Shown: positions 8,722-17,578 of the stretch, one piece after another | Layout of the letters: each line of letters starts with the position of its first letter | How positions within the stretch are numbered: the stretch's first letter is position 1 | Assembly: GCA_050115965.1 (NCBI GenBank) | Contig: JASFPN010000004.1 | Location: forward strand, 8,544-72,543 | Direction: 5' to 3' | DNA from: Candidatus Bathyarchaeota archaeon | GTDB taxonomy: Archaea; Thermoproteota; Bathyarchaeia; Bathyarchaeales; Bathycorpusculaceae | DNA length: 64,000 bases | The notes under the pieces: generated by a model | What the model was told of the DNA's origin: nothing | The model's database searches: none | The model's input: the letters and a program-made list of their open reading frames with translations, nothing else | Made by a program: the position numbers and the translations under genes

Positions 8722-9459
8722 ATGGATGAAATGATAGGGTATAGGTTGGGATTTGTTCCTCTGAAAATAGATGTTATTGTACTCACAAAAAATAGTGAAA
8801 AAATGATTAGCCATTGTCTTAGCTCAATTTATGAAAATATCCCGGTTAACCGGCTGATCATCGTGGATGGTTTCTCAACTGATAAAACATTGAAACTTGC
8901 TGAAAGGTTCCCCCGGGTTGAAATAGTATCAACACGAGGAACACGAGGTAAAGCACGGCAACTAGGAATTGAAAAAGTAAAAACGAAATGGTTCCTTTTT
9001 GTGGATAGTGATGCAATTTTATGTGATAACTGGTTTGAGAAGGCTAGAAAACACATAAGAGAAGATGTTGGCGCAATATATGGATTAAGTGTTGCAGGAA
9101 ACGCAACAGGATTTCGGAAAAAATTGCTGCAAATTCTACAACGTAGAACGTTCAAACTTCGTGGTTGTTGTCAAGATTTATTGGTTCGTTATTCGGCTGT
9201 GGATGATATAAAGATCCCTCACTACTTGCATACTCTAGAAGATGCATTCATTAAGAACCATATCTTATCAAAAGGTTTTAAGGTCTTAGCATTGTATTCC
9301 CCCTATTGTAGACATCATAAAAGTAGTCAAAGCCTGTTGTCAAAAGAAAATTTCATTTCTACAGCTTTGGAGTTCAGACAGCCCTTGCTGGCTCTGGAGC
9401 GTATTATACTTGCAATGGTGTTTTCAATGGTGTTTTTACTTGGTGATCGAAACACTTAG
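8722..9459 (+). CDS. Family 2 glycosyltransferase
   Basis: GT-A fold N-terminus IDVIVLTKNSEKMISHCLSSI...LIIVDGFSTDKT and a DxD motif (FVDSDA). Confidence 0.8.
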   Translation: MDEMIGYRLGFVPLKIDVIVLTKNSEKMISHCLSSIYENIPVNRLIIVDGFSTDKTLKLAERFPRVEIVSTRGTRGKARQLGIEKVKTKWFLFVDSDAILCDNWFEKARKHIREDVGAIYGLSVAGNATGFRKKLLQILQRRTFKLRGCCQDLLVRYSAVDDIKIPHYLHTLEDAFIKNHILSKGFKVLALYSPYCRHHKSSQSLLSKENFISTALEFRQPLLALERIILAMVFSMVFLLGDRNT

Positions 9460-10081
9460 GGAACTATGGGCAAAATTAGAGTTAAAGGTTTGGAAGGACT
9501 ACTATAATTACAATTACAGACGGTTCAGAATCTCTGCAAAGATGATTGAGGACTATTGCAGTCTAACTGAATCATCAAAAGTTTTAGAGTTGGGAGCATG
9601 GTATCCCTTTATTGCGCTTTTATCAGCTAAGAAATTTGGTTTTGATCCTTATTGTTCTGATATTAAGATTAGTAAACACTGGAAAAATTTCCTAAAGATA
9701 GATTTGTGTTCGGATCCTATTCCAGGAAAGTGGGACCTGTTAATATGCTCTGAAGTACTTGAGCACTTGCCAGTTAATTTGTATAAAGTTGTTAGAAAAA
9801 TAACTCGATCACTAAGTAACAGTGGCTATGCGTTTTTCACTGTTCCCATAGGTACAAAGGGCTTGAATATCCCTTTGAATAAGGACGTAGGTGAATATTC
9901 TGATGATACTCATTTCCAATGTAGTTATGGTGAATTGGAATCGTTCCCTGGACATTTAAGGGAATTTACTCCATATAAAGCCCAAAAATTCTTTGAGAGC
10001 TTTGGGTTACCCTCAAGCGGTAAAGTATTTCTCACCAAACCTTACATAATGAATTATGGCGTGTTGTTGATTAAAAAGTAA
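9410..10081 (+). CDS. Class I SAM-dependent methyltransferase
   Basis: SAM motif I-like KVLELGAWYP and the distal DLLICSEVLEHLP motif (Methyltransf_11/23-like). The start is uncertain: ATG 9410 overlaps GT2 by 50 nt; the next ATG is at 9542. Confidence 0.65.
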   Translation: MQWCFQWCFYLVIETLRELWAKLELKVWKDYYNYNYRRFRISAKMIEDYCSLTESSKVLELGAWYPFIALLSAKKFGFDPYCSDIKISKHWKNFLKIDLCSDPIPGKWDLLICSEVLEHLPVNLYKVVRKITRSLSNSGYAFFTVPIGTKGLNIPLNKDVGEYSDDTHFQCSYGELESFPGHLREFTPYKAQKFFESFGLPSSGKVFLTKPYIMNYGVLLIKK

Positions 10082-10246
10082 CATGAGTGGGTGAATCTGT
10101 TTTGCGTTTATCATTTGTGTTTGGGCGTATTGCTGTCATGTTCCTGCGGATACTGAATCACACTATAGAAGCCGTACTTGCTGGGTATTAGGAGTAACTT
10201 TAACTAAAGCATATACGAAGTAGTCTTTCGAGATTTCGGTGATCTG

Positions 10247-11425
10247 ATGATTGATGAAGTACTCAACTTGGTTAAAAACCATGAGGAATGGCGTGTACAT
10301 TCCTGCCTTAATCTTATTCCCTCCGAGAATCTAATGAGTCCAAGTGTTCAGGAGCTACTTTCCTCTGATCTTGGAAACCGCTACACAGCAAGAGACAGCT
10401 TCTATATGGGCACTAGATATCTTGATGAGATTGAGCAGCATGGAGAGAAAATTGCTGAAGCATTATTTGGTTCTGAGACAGCGGATTTACGTCCTCTTTC
10501 TGGACATATTGCAGATTTTATCTTAATTGCCCATTATTTACATCCAGGCGATTTGCTTATGTGTGTCTCTCCTGAAGATGGAGGGTATCCTGGGATCTGG
10601 AAAGATAATCTTTCAGGAGTTCTTAAAATCCAAACCGTCGGGTTTCCATTTTCAAAGCATGATATGAACATTATGGTTGCTGAAGCTGAGGCGGAGATCG
10701 AACGAGTAAAGCCTAAGCTAATTATTTTTGGAGCAAGTATGATCACATTTCCGCAACCAGTTAGAGAGTTAGTTGCAGTCGCCAAAGAGAATGGAGCAGT
10801 CGTTGGTTATGATGGTTCTCACGTTTTGGGGCTTATCGCTGGTAGACAGTTTCAGGACCCTCTTAGGGAAGGAGCATCAGTTCTACTTGGATCTACCCAT
10901 AAAAGTTTTTTTGGACCTCAGGGGGGGATCATTCTGGCAGATAAAACGCATGGAGCACCATTGAAGGAAGTCATCTTTCCATCTTTTGTGGATAATGCCC
11001 ATTGGAACCGAATAGCTGCATTGACCCTCGCACTCTGTGAAATGAAGGAGTTTGGAGAAAGATATGCTAAACAGGTCGTTGAAAACTCAAAAACATTGGC
11101 AAAAACATTGTTTGATTATGGATTTCCGGTAATCTGTCAGGATCTAGGATTCACGAAATCTCACCAAGTTATTCTGGATTACGGAGACTATGAAAAAGGC
11201 AGGGTTGTAGCTGAACGGCTCCAAGAAGCAAACATCATCACTGATTGCGGTATCAGAATTGGAACTTGCGAAGTCACGCGAAGGGGAATGAAAAAAGATG
11301 AAATGGAGAAGATAGCTGAATTGATAAAGAGGACAATCATCGATAAGGAAAACACAGAGAACCTTAAAGAGGAAGTTAAAGCTTTCATCAACCAATTCCA
11401 AACTGCCCAATATACATTCAAATAG
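10247..11425 (+). CDS. Serine hydroxymethyltransferase-like PLP enzyme, short divergent paralogue
   Basis: IPSENLMSP, GRQFQDPLREGA and the PLP-Lys motif STHKSFFGPQGG. At 392 aa it lacks the YAEG-PG-R-Y-G loop (see findings). Confidence 0.7.
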   Translation: MIDEVLNLVKNHEEWRVHSCLNLIPSENLMSPSVQELLSSDLGNRYTARDSFYMGTRYLDEIEQHGEKIAEALFGSETADLRPLSGHIADFILIAHYLHPGDLLMCVSPEDGGYPGIWKDNLSGVLKIQTVGFPFSKHDMNIMVAEAEAEIERVKPKLIIFGASMITFPQPVRELVAVAKENGAVVGYDGSHVLGLIAGRQFQDPLREGASVLLGSTHKSFFGPQGGIILADKTHGAPLKEVIFPSFVDNAHWNRIAALTLALCEMKEFGERYAKQVVENSKTLAKTLFDYGFPVICQDLGFTKSHQVILDYGDYEKGRVVAERLQEANIITDCGIRIGTCEVTRRGMKKDEMEKIAELIKRTIIDKENTENLKEEVKAFINQFQTAQYTFK

Positions 11426-11495
11426 TGTCAATAAATTACATGAAAACGGAGAACCTCATGTTACGAAATTATATCTCTGACAGGTATGGTTCATT

Positions 11496-12458
11496 TTGAC
11501 AATTGCAAATTCACACAAGCTTCTTGAAACCTTGAAGAAACAGAAATACCATATAGTGGGGCATCATTCAGCAATAAAAAGGTGCAGATGGTTTTATGAA
11601 ACACTTGTCCATGACAGACCATGCTATAAGCAAAAGTTCTTCGGAATAAAAACCCATCAATGCATACAAATGACCCCGACCATCTTTAACTGCACTCAAA
11701 AATGCCTGTTCTGCTGGAGGGCCCAAAGCGGTGATCTGAAGATAGAATGGGACGAAATGAAGATACCGATATGGGATACGCCAGAAGAGATTATAGATGG
11801 AAGCATCAAGGCTCAGCTCAAGATACTAAGTGGATACAAAGGAAACACACGAACAGATTTAAAAAAGTTCCAAGAAGCCACAACACCAAGACATGCTGCC
11901 ATAAGTTTAACAGGTGAACCCACATTGTATGAACCGATAGGAGATCTTATTGAAAGATTCCACAAAAGAAAGTTCACCACATTCCTCGTCTCAAACGGTA
12001 CTATGCCTTCAGTTCTAAACTCACTGAGTGAAGAACCAACTCAACTCTACATCTCTATCTGTGCACCAAATAAAGCAACATACAAAAAAGTATGCCGACC
12101 ACAGATTCCAAAAGCATGGGAAAAACTCAGAAAAACATTAGAAATTCTTCCAAGCTTCTCATGTCCAAAGGTTATTCGAATAACATCTGTACGCGGAGTC
12201 AATATGAAAGACCCAGAAAAATATGCTAAACTTCTTGAGGCAGCCGAACCAACATACATTGAACCAAAGGCCTACATGCATGTTGGGTTTTCCAGATTAC
12301 GGCTAGATTACAAGAACATGCCCAGCTACAAAGATATGCAGAGTTTCGCTTTGGAGTTAGCAAAGGAAACTGGATTCAAGATAGTCGACAAATCACCAGA
12401 AAGCCGAGTGATTTTGTTAAGTAGACTTGAGAAGCCGATAAGATTTGAGAATGATTAA
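11496..12458 (+). CDS. taw1: tRNA 4-demethylwyosine synthase (radical SAM, TYW1/Taw1)
   Basis: Radical-SAM cluster CTQKCLFCWR. N-terminal KYHIVGHHSAIKRCRWF and C-terminal YIEPKAYMHVG are typical of Taw1. TTG start; no in-frame ATG nearby. Confidence 0.85.
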   Translation: MTIANSHKLLETLKKQKYHIVGHHSAIKRCRWFYETLVHDRPCYKQKFFGIKTHQCIQMTPTIFNCTQKCLFCWRAQSGDLKIEWDEMKIPIWDTPEEIIDGSIKAQLKILSGYKGNTRTDLKKFQEATTPRHAAISLTGEPTLYEPIGDLIERFHKRKFTTFLVSNGTMPSVLNSLSEEPTQLYISICAPNKATYKKVCRPQIPKAWEKLRKTLEILPSFSCPKVIRITSVRGVNMKDPEKYAKLLEAAEPTYIEPKAYMHVGFSRLRLDYKNMPSYKDMQSFALELAKETGFKIVDKSPESRVILLSRLEKPIRFEND

Positions 12459-12578
12459 CATTTATCCAAGATTTCACGAGAGTAGTATGTTCATGATAGT
12501 AAAGAGCAATCTTAACGTACGCGAACTAATGTCATAAAATTTATTCACGAATATACTTGTATAAAGGATGAAGAATTA

Positions 12579-13217
12579 ATGATCTCTCTAAAAACAATTC
12601 TAAATGGGATAAAAAAAGAACTGAAAAAAGAAAAGGTAATTCGAGAAGAAGCCCAAATGAAGATGCGGAAGGCTACAAGCCTTTCAAAGCAAGCAATACT
12701 TTATATCCACCAGAAAAAACTAGGAAAAGCAGAAGAGTTGATTAGAAAAGCCAGAAAAATCATAATAACCCTAAATAATTTGGCAACTGAACACCCTGAA
12801 ATCATCTATACTGGCCTATTTAGCGCTGCATGTCAAGAATATTCTGAAGCCAACATTTTTCTAAGGCTCGTCAAGGAGTCAGGATTCCCAAAACCAAAGG
12901 AGCTAGGCGTATCCCCATCTGATTATGTCCTTGGCCTAGCTGATGTTATTGGAGAGTACAGACGCTTTACGTTGGACGCTCTACGTGAGGGCGATTTAAG
13001 GAAAGGTGAAGCATGTCTACAATTGATGGATAAAATTTACACTGAACTCATGGCCATGGATGAGGCATTCATCTTTGTTCACGGGCTGAGAAGAAAATGT
13101 GATGTGGCTAGAAGAATTATTGAGGCTACTCGAGGAGATATCACACAAGAAGTGCGTAGAAATTCACTCGAGAAAAGCCTGAAGGAATTTGAAACCTCAT
13201 TAGGTAATATTGGGTGA
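12579..13217 (+). CDS. Translin-family protein
   Basis: All-helical 212-aa protein with the translin core SDYVLGLADVIGEYRRFTLDALREGDL and EYSEANIFLRLV. Confidence 0.65.
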   Translation: MISLKTILNGIKKELKKEKVIREEAQMKMRKATSLSKQAILYIHQKKLGKAEELIRKARKIIITLNNLATEHPEIIYTGLFSAACQEYSEANIFLRLVKESGFPKPKELGVSPSDYVLGLADVIGEYRRFTLDALREGDLRKGEACLQLMDKIYTELMAMDEAFIFVHGLRRKCDVARRIIEATRGDITQEVRRNSLEKSLKEFETSLGNIG

Positions 13218-13235
13218 TCCCTTCGTCAGACGAAC

Positions 13236-13937
13236 ATGGAGAAGGTAACTGTTAGGGTGAAACCAAGTTTCTCTGTTGCTAAAGCACGAAATGCCCAGTT
13301 GTTTATGGCAAAAAGAGTCATTGTTGAGGATAAACTACCAGAAGAAATTGGGCTTGTAGCTGGAGTTGACGTTGCATACACTAAAAGCTATTCTATTGGA
13401 GCCACAGCTGTTTTAGATTATGCTTCATTAACACTCATCGAGTCTAGGACAGTGGTGCAGAGAACCTATTTTCCATACATCCCGACTTTACTTTCCTTCA
13501 GAGAAGCGGCTCCAATAACCAACAGCTTAAAGAAATTGACAAAGCGACCTGATGTTATTCTTGTTGATGGTCATGGGCTTGCACACCCTTACAATTGTGG
13601 TCTTGCCTGCCATATCGGTCTTGTATTACAAATTCCAACAATAGGGATAGCAAAAAGCAATCTCACGGGAAATATTGTAAAGGAGGAATCAGACATGAAA
13701 GATGGCTTGATCATTAACAGGAAAAACGAGATCATTGGGGTAAGCGTCATAACAAAAAAAGGTTCAAAACCTATCTATGTTAGCGTGGGCCACAAGGTTT
13801 CGTTACAAACCGCTGTGAGAATTGTAAAACAATGCATACGAGATAAACGCGTAGTGGAACCAATTCTAAGAGCTCACGAGGCTGCAAACATAATGAAGCG
13901 AAACATCAATATCAACTCATTACATAAAAAAAGATGA
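13236..13937 (+). CDS. nfi: Endonuclease V
   Basis: VAGVDVAY (catalytic Asp), LLSFREAAPI, VDGHGLAHPYNCGLACHIGL, IGIAKS, YVSVGHKVSL. Confidence 0.85.
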   Translation: MEKVTVRVKPSFSVAKARNAQLFMAKRVIVEDKLPEEIGLVAGVDVAYTKSYSIGATAVLDYASLTLIESRTVVQRTYFPYIPTLLSFREAAPITNSLKKLTKRPDVILVDGHGLAHPYNCGLACHIGLVLQIPTIGIAKSNLTGNIVKEESDMKDGLIINRKNEIIGVSVITKKGSKPIYVSVGHKVSLQTAVRIVKQCIRDKRVVEPILRAHEAANIMKRNININSLHKKR

Positions 13938-14654
13938 GTGGATATTATGCTTCATCCAAAACTAAAAAAGCTAGCAAGCCAAATTAAAAACCAAAAACTA
14001 CGTGAAAAAGTCATCAACATAATGGAAGACCCAACACTTAGAATCGATGGTGAGGTTTTCTCAGGGCTACCGTTTGACACATCACCTGCAGGGTTATCCC
14101 ATCATCACTGCTATTCAGGAGGCTACTTGGAACATGTCGAGTCAACAGCCATTCTTGCCAAAGCATTGTGTAGATCTGTTGAGAGAGTTTACAAAGGAAG
14201 AGTTAATCGAGATTTGGTCATCGCAGGTGTTCTATTACATGACCTATTCAAGCCAAACACATATGCCCTAAATAGAAATAAAAATTACATCCAGTCACCC
14301 TTAGCAGAATATTTAGATCATGTGTCCTTGGCAGTTTCAGAACTTATACGAAGAGATTTTCCTCTTAAACTTATTCACATAGTTTCCGCGCATCATGGAG
14401 ATTACGGCTCTATAAGGCCACACACCATTGAAGCATTGATCTGTCATCTAGCAGATTTTATTGATTCTAGAATGAACAGTAAGATTTTAAACGCCGCAAC
14501 TTATATTGCCAGAAAAGCTAATGCTCCGGAGCTCCAAAGATTAACTTTGGCAGAAGCTTTGAAAATAGTCTATTCAAAGACTGATAGAGGTTGGGAAGGA
14601 GTGACAGGAATCATCAAGGAAATTATAAAAGAAAGAGAAAGAGATAAAACATGA
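13938..14654 (+). CDS. HD-domain metal-dependent phosphohydrolase (YhaM-like HD module)
   Basis: SHHHCYSGGYLEHVEST..., VLLHDLFK and SAHHGDYGS match the YhaM/Cbf1-type HD pattern. GTG 13938 abuts the nfi stop; an alternative ATG is at 13947. Confidence 0.7.
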   Translation: MDIMLHPKLKKLASQIKNQKLREKVINIMEDPTLRIDGEVFSGLPFDTSPAGLSHHHCYSGGYLEHVESTAILAKALCRSVERVYKGRVNRDLVIAGVLLHDLFKPNTYALNRNKNYIQSPLAEYLDHVSLAVSELIRRDFPLKLIHIVSAHHGDYGSIRPHTIEALICHLADFIDSRMNSKILNAATYIARKANAPELQRLTLAEALKIVYSKTDRGWEGVTGIIKEIIKERERDKT

Positions 14655-14693
14655 ATGCCTTCAACATGGAGAATCTAAAGAGGATGCATATCA

Positions 14694-15020
14694 ATGGAAA
14701 TCTCATTTAAGGAATTTCAGAATATAGATATGAGAATAGGAAAGATCTTGAAAGCTGATCAGATTCCAAACTCTCGAAACCTCATAAAAATGATAGTTGA
14801 TTTTGGGAGTGAGAAAAGACAGGCTGTTGCAGGACTTCTGAACTGGTATAAACCTGAGGATCTGGTTGGAAAAAATTATGCCTTTCTCTTAAACCTACAA
14901 CGAAGAAAATTCATGGGGATAGAATCTCAATGCATGATCTTGGCTGCAGAGGATGATGATGGAAACGTTGTTTGTTTACAACCAGAAAAAGACATATCCG
15001 AGGGAAGCAGAATCCACTAG
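14694..15020 (+). CDS. OB-fold tRNA-binding domain protein (Trbp111/CsaA/EMAP-like)
   Basis: FQNIDMRIGKILKADQIPNSRNLIKMIVDFGSEKRQAVAGL...LVGKNYAFLLNLQRRKFMGIESQCMILAA matches the stand-alone tRNA-binding domain pattern. Confidence 0.8.
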   Translation: MEISFKEFQNIDMRIGKILKADQIPNSRNLIKMIVDFGSEKRQAVAGLLNWYKPEDLVGKNYAFLLNLQRRKFMGIESQCMILAAEDDDGNVVCLQPEKDISEGSRIH

Positions 15021-15055
15021 AAGAATAGCCTAATGATTTTTGGGTAATTATGGCT

Positions 15056-16294
15056 TCACTTAGCTCGGATATTGGTTCCAGATAAATAATCTACCATTTG
15101 TTCATCTAGGTTGAGCCATTCCGTTAACCCAGCAGCCATATTCCTATCATTCTTGAAGATTATTTGCAAGTATGGAATAATTTCTTCTGAAGCCTTGCGA
15201 GCAGAAATATGACATTTATGGTTTATTTTGTATCCTATCTTCAATCGTAAAGCTCGCACAGCTTTGGATCTTGACAACATCCGTATTCTCTCAGGAAATT
15301 TAAAGGGAATCCATCCTCGAACCTTAGTGTTCTGCCTAGCCATAGCCACGCCAGCTGCCATGTGATCTACAACGTAACGAGTGAAGCCCCAGTTCTGTGT
15401 TGATTGTATTCTACCACGATAAAGATCTGCAAGCGAAAGAGCCTTCATACCTTCAGCTAGATCATGAGGATCTGAAAGGTGGCGTGGGGCATTCTCATAT
15501 ATCCATTCAAAGAGCATGTCAAGGTCTGTGTCAGCCATATTCAATGCTTGTTTTGCGCTTATGCATGTTTTTCCATAGATTATCATTCTCAACACTGTGA
15601 AGATCTTCTCTTGTCTGTCACGATAACCGAGCCAAGATACATCGTCATATGTTAATCGTTTCTTACCTTGAGCTGTGGCTTGAAGATCATTCACAGCAGA
15701 ACGAATGTCACCTGCTGAACGTTGAGCGAGATATTTTAAGACGTTCTCGTCAACTTGAATCCCTTCTATTGAAGAAATTCTTCTCAAATGCTTCATAATA
15801 TCACTTGTAGTTGGCTTCCGAAATTCTAGTAAAAGGCAGTACTTGCGAAGCGTGGAGAAACGTGGGTCATAAGCATTATTGGCAGTCAAAATTATGGGGA
15901 ATCGCGCTGTCTTAATTATTTCTGTTGTGGCTTTGATGGCTCCTCTGTCTGCTGAGCCAGTTATTCCACCCAGCTCATCTAAAAGAACCAGTCTTTTTCT
16001 ACCAAATAATGATCCATATTGGGAAGCTAATCCAGCAAAATGTTTGATTGCTTTCTCTGTACGATAGTCACTTGCGTTCTTCTCCACAAGCTCAATACCA
16101 AGATCTTCAGCTATTGCTTCAGCTGTAACCGTCTTTCCGACACCAGGTAAACCATAAAGGAAAGCAGCCCGTTTCTTAGGAAGGCCTTTCTCCCAGGATC
16201 TTAGCCAGTCCATTATTTTTTTGAGGACTTCCTTGTTACCCACTACTTGATTTATGGAGCGGGGCTTGTATTTGATGACCCAAGCTGCACACAC
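15056..16294 (-). CDS. rfcL: Replication factor C large subunit
   Basis: WVIKYKPRSINQVVGN, Walker A GLPGVGKT. 412 aa and 9 nt downstream of rfcS. GTG start. Confidence 0.85.
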   Translation of the reverse strand: MCAAWVIKYKPRSINQVVGNKEVLKKIMDWLRSWEKGLPKKRAAFLYGLPGVGKTVTAEAIAEDLGIELVEKNASDYRTEKAIKHFAGLASQYGSLFGRKRLVLLDELGGITGSADRGAIKATTEIIKTARFPIILTANNAYDPRFSTLRKYCLLLEFRKPTTSDIMKHLRRISSIEGIQVDENVLKYLAQRSAGDIRSAVNDLQATAQGKKRLTYDDVSWLGYRDRQEKIFTVLRMIIYGKTCISAKQALNMADTDLDMLFEWIYENAPRHLSDPHDLAEGMKALSLADLYRGRIQSTQNWGFTRYVVDHMAAGVAMARQNTKVRGWIPFKFPERIRMLSRSKAVRALRLKIGYKINHKCHISARKASEEIIPYLQIIFKNDRNMAAGLTEWLNLDEQMVDYLSGTNIRAK

Positions 16295-16303
16295 AATTTA
16301 CAC

Positions 16304-17263
16304 CTAGACTCTTTTTTCCATCTCGTGACCTGCTTCAACAAGTTTTGCTAAAAGTGCGCTCAACTGGATTTCTTCATTGGATCCTTCAACCAGACGATAG
16401 TCAACTTCTCCGATTGTGTCTGCAAGTCTTATCTTCCATGATTCAGCAATATTGGATCTGAAGATTTCAGAGTGAATTTGATGGATGATGTCGCTTCCCG
16501 CGACGCCATATTTCTGGATCATGTCACGTAACTGTTCTCTCGCTTTCAGAAAGTCTCCTTTCATTGAGGTTTCTATAAGTTTTTGAACGTCGATTGGATT
16601 TGCTCTTCCAGCAACTGAATAGACTGTTTTCGCATCGATTGGTTTACCTAGGGATGCGGCAGCCTGCAAATTATTAACTGCTCTTCTCAGGTCTCCGCTG
16701 CAAACTTCGAAGATAGCGTCCAATCCTTCACCCAAGAGTTCAAGGCTCTCGTTTTTGGCAATCGATTTTAGATAACGATCTTGATCATTTCGAGACAAGT
16801 ATCTAAACCTAAAGGGAGCGCACCTTGATTGAATTGGTTCAATAATCTTTCCGCTGTAATTTGCGATCAGAATAAACCTGCATGTCTCTGTATACCGTTC
16901 CATAGTTCTTCTCAAAGCTTGCTGGGCATCCGAGGTCATGTTATCCGCCTCATCTAAAATCATAATCTTGAAAGGAACCTCGCCTATGGAACGAGTTCTA
17001 GCGAAGGTCTTTACTGTCTCTCTAACTACATTAATACCTCGAGAATCGCTTGCATTCAACTCCATCAAGTGTTCCCTGTAACCAAATGCATAGAGATCTC
17101 TAGCCAAACAAAGGGCAGCTGTGGTCTTTCCTGTTCCAGGAGGACCAGCAAAGATGGAGTGGGGAACATTTTTCGATGCTGCAAAACTTTTCAAACGTTC
17201 AACTATATCTTTCTGATTTATCATGTTACTTAATGTCTTTGGCCTGTATTTCTCAGTCCACAT
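16304..17263 (-). CDS. rfcS: Replication factor C small subunit
   Basis: Walker A GPPGTGKTT, Walker B ILDEADNM, SRC motif QSRCAPFRF. No intein. The ORF opens at TTG 17275; the canonical MWTEKYRPK start is ATG 17263. Confidence 0.9.
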   Translation of the reverse strand: MWTEKYRPKTLSNMINQKDIVERLKSFAASKNVPHSIFAGPPGTGKTTAALCLARDLYAFGYREHLMELNASDSRGINVVRETVKTFARTRSIGEVPFKIMILDEADNMTSDAQQALRRTMERYTETCRFILIANYSGKIIEPIQSRCAPFRFRYLSRNDQDRYLKSIAKNESLELLGEGLDAIFEVCSGDLRRAVNNLQAAASLGKPIDAKTVYSVAGRANPIDVQKLIETSMKGDFLKAREQLRDMIQKYGVAGSDIIHQIHSEIFRSNIAESWKIRLADTIGEVDYRLVEGSNEEIQLSALLAKLVEAGHEMEKRV

Positions 17264-17578
17264 TTCAAAACTCAAAGGAGTAACCTCACTAAATAATTGG
17301 ACAATTGTTAATAAACTCTATTCGCCTGCATTACACTCATTAATGTTCATTTCTATTTTTTCACTAGGTAATGTTTAGCGAGCGTTAGTTCATATTGTTT
17401 GTTTACCTTCATCTTGCGATGTTAAAACATGTACCTGAGAGAATCGTTCAAAGTATGAGAACCTATTCACCTTACTAATGATTTTTACTAATCTAATGAT
17501 TACCTTTGGAGAAATTAGGGGTAATGTTAAATAACATGTTATTGACCTCATGCTTGTACGTTCTTTGCAAGTATAGAG

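Noticed and set aside
9413-9436. Perfect tandem 12-bp duplication (CAATGGTGTTTT x2) at the 3' end of the GT2 gene, overlapping the possible 5' end of the methyltransferase ORF.
   Set aside because: It is in-frame (AMVF-SMVF) and lies in a hydrophobic tail. It is most simply a small slippage duplication with no evident function.
10082-10246. Possible riboswitch or leader upstream of the short SHMT paralogue, by analogy with folate/ZTP elements upstream of bacterial glyA.
   Set aside because: No conserved ZTP or THF motif core and no convincing stem architecture were found. Riboswitches of these classes are not expected in archaea.
17276-17578. Possible replication origin in the 303-bp A/T-rich spacer between rfcS and gdhA. 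Repeated GGTAATGTT at 17367 and 17520; CTAATGATT at 17474 and 17493.
   Set aside because: The repeats are short and A/T-biased, so chance is plausible. There is no ORB-like consensus and no adjacent orc1/cdc6. The region is adequately explained as a divergent promoter.
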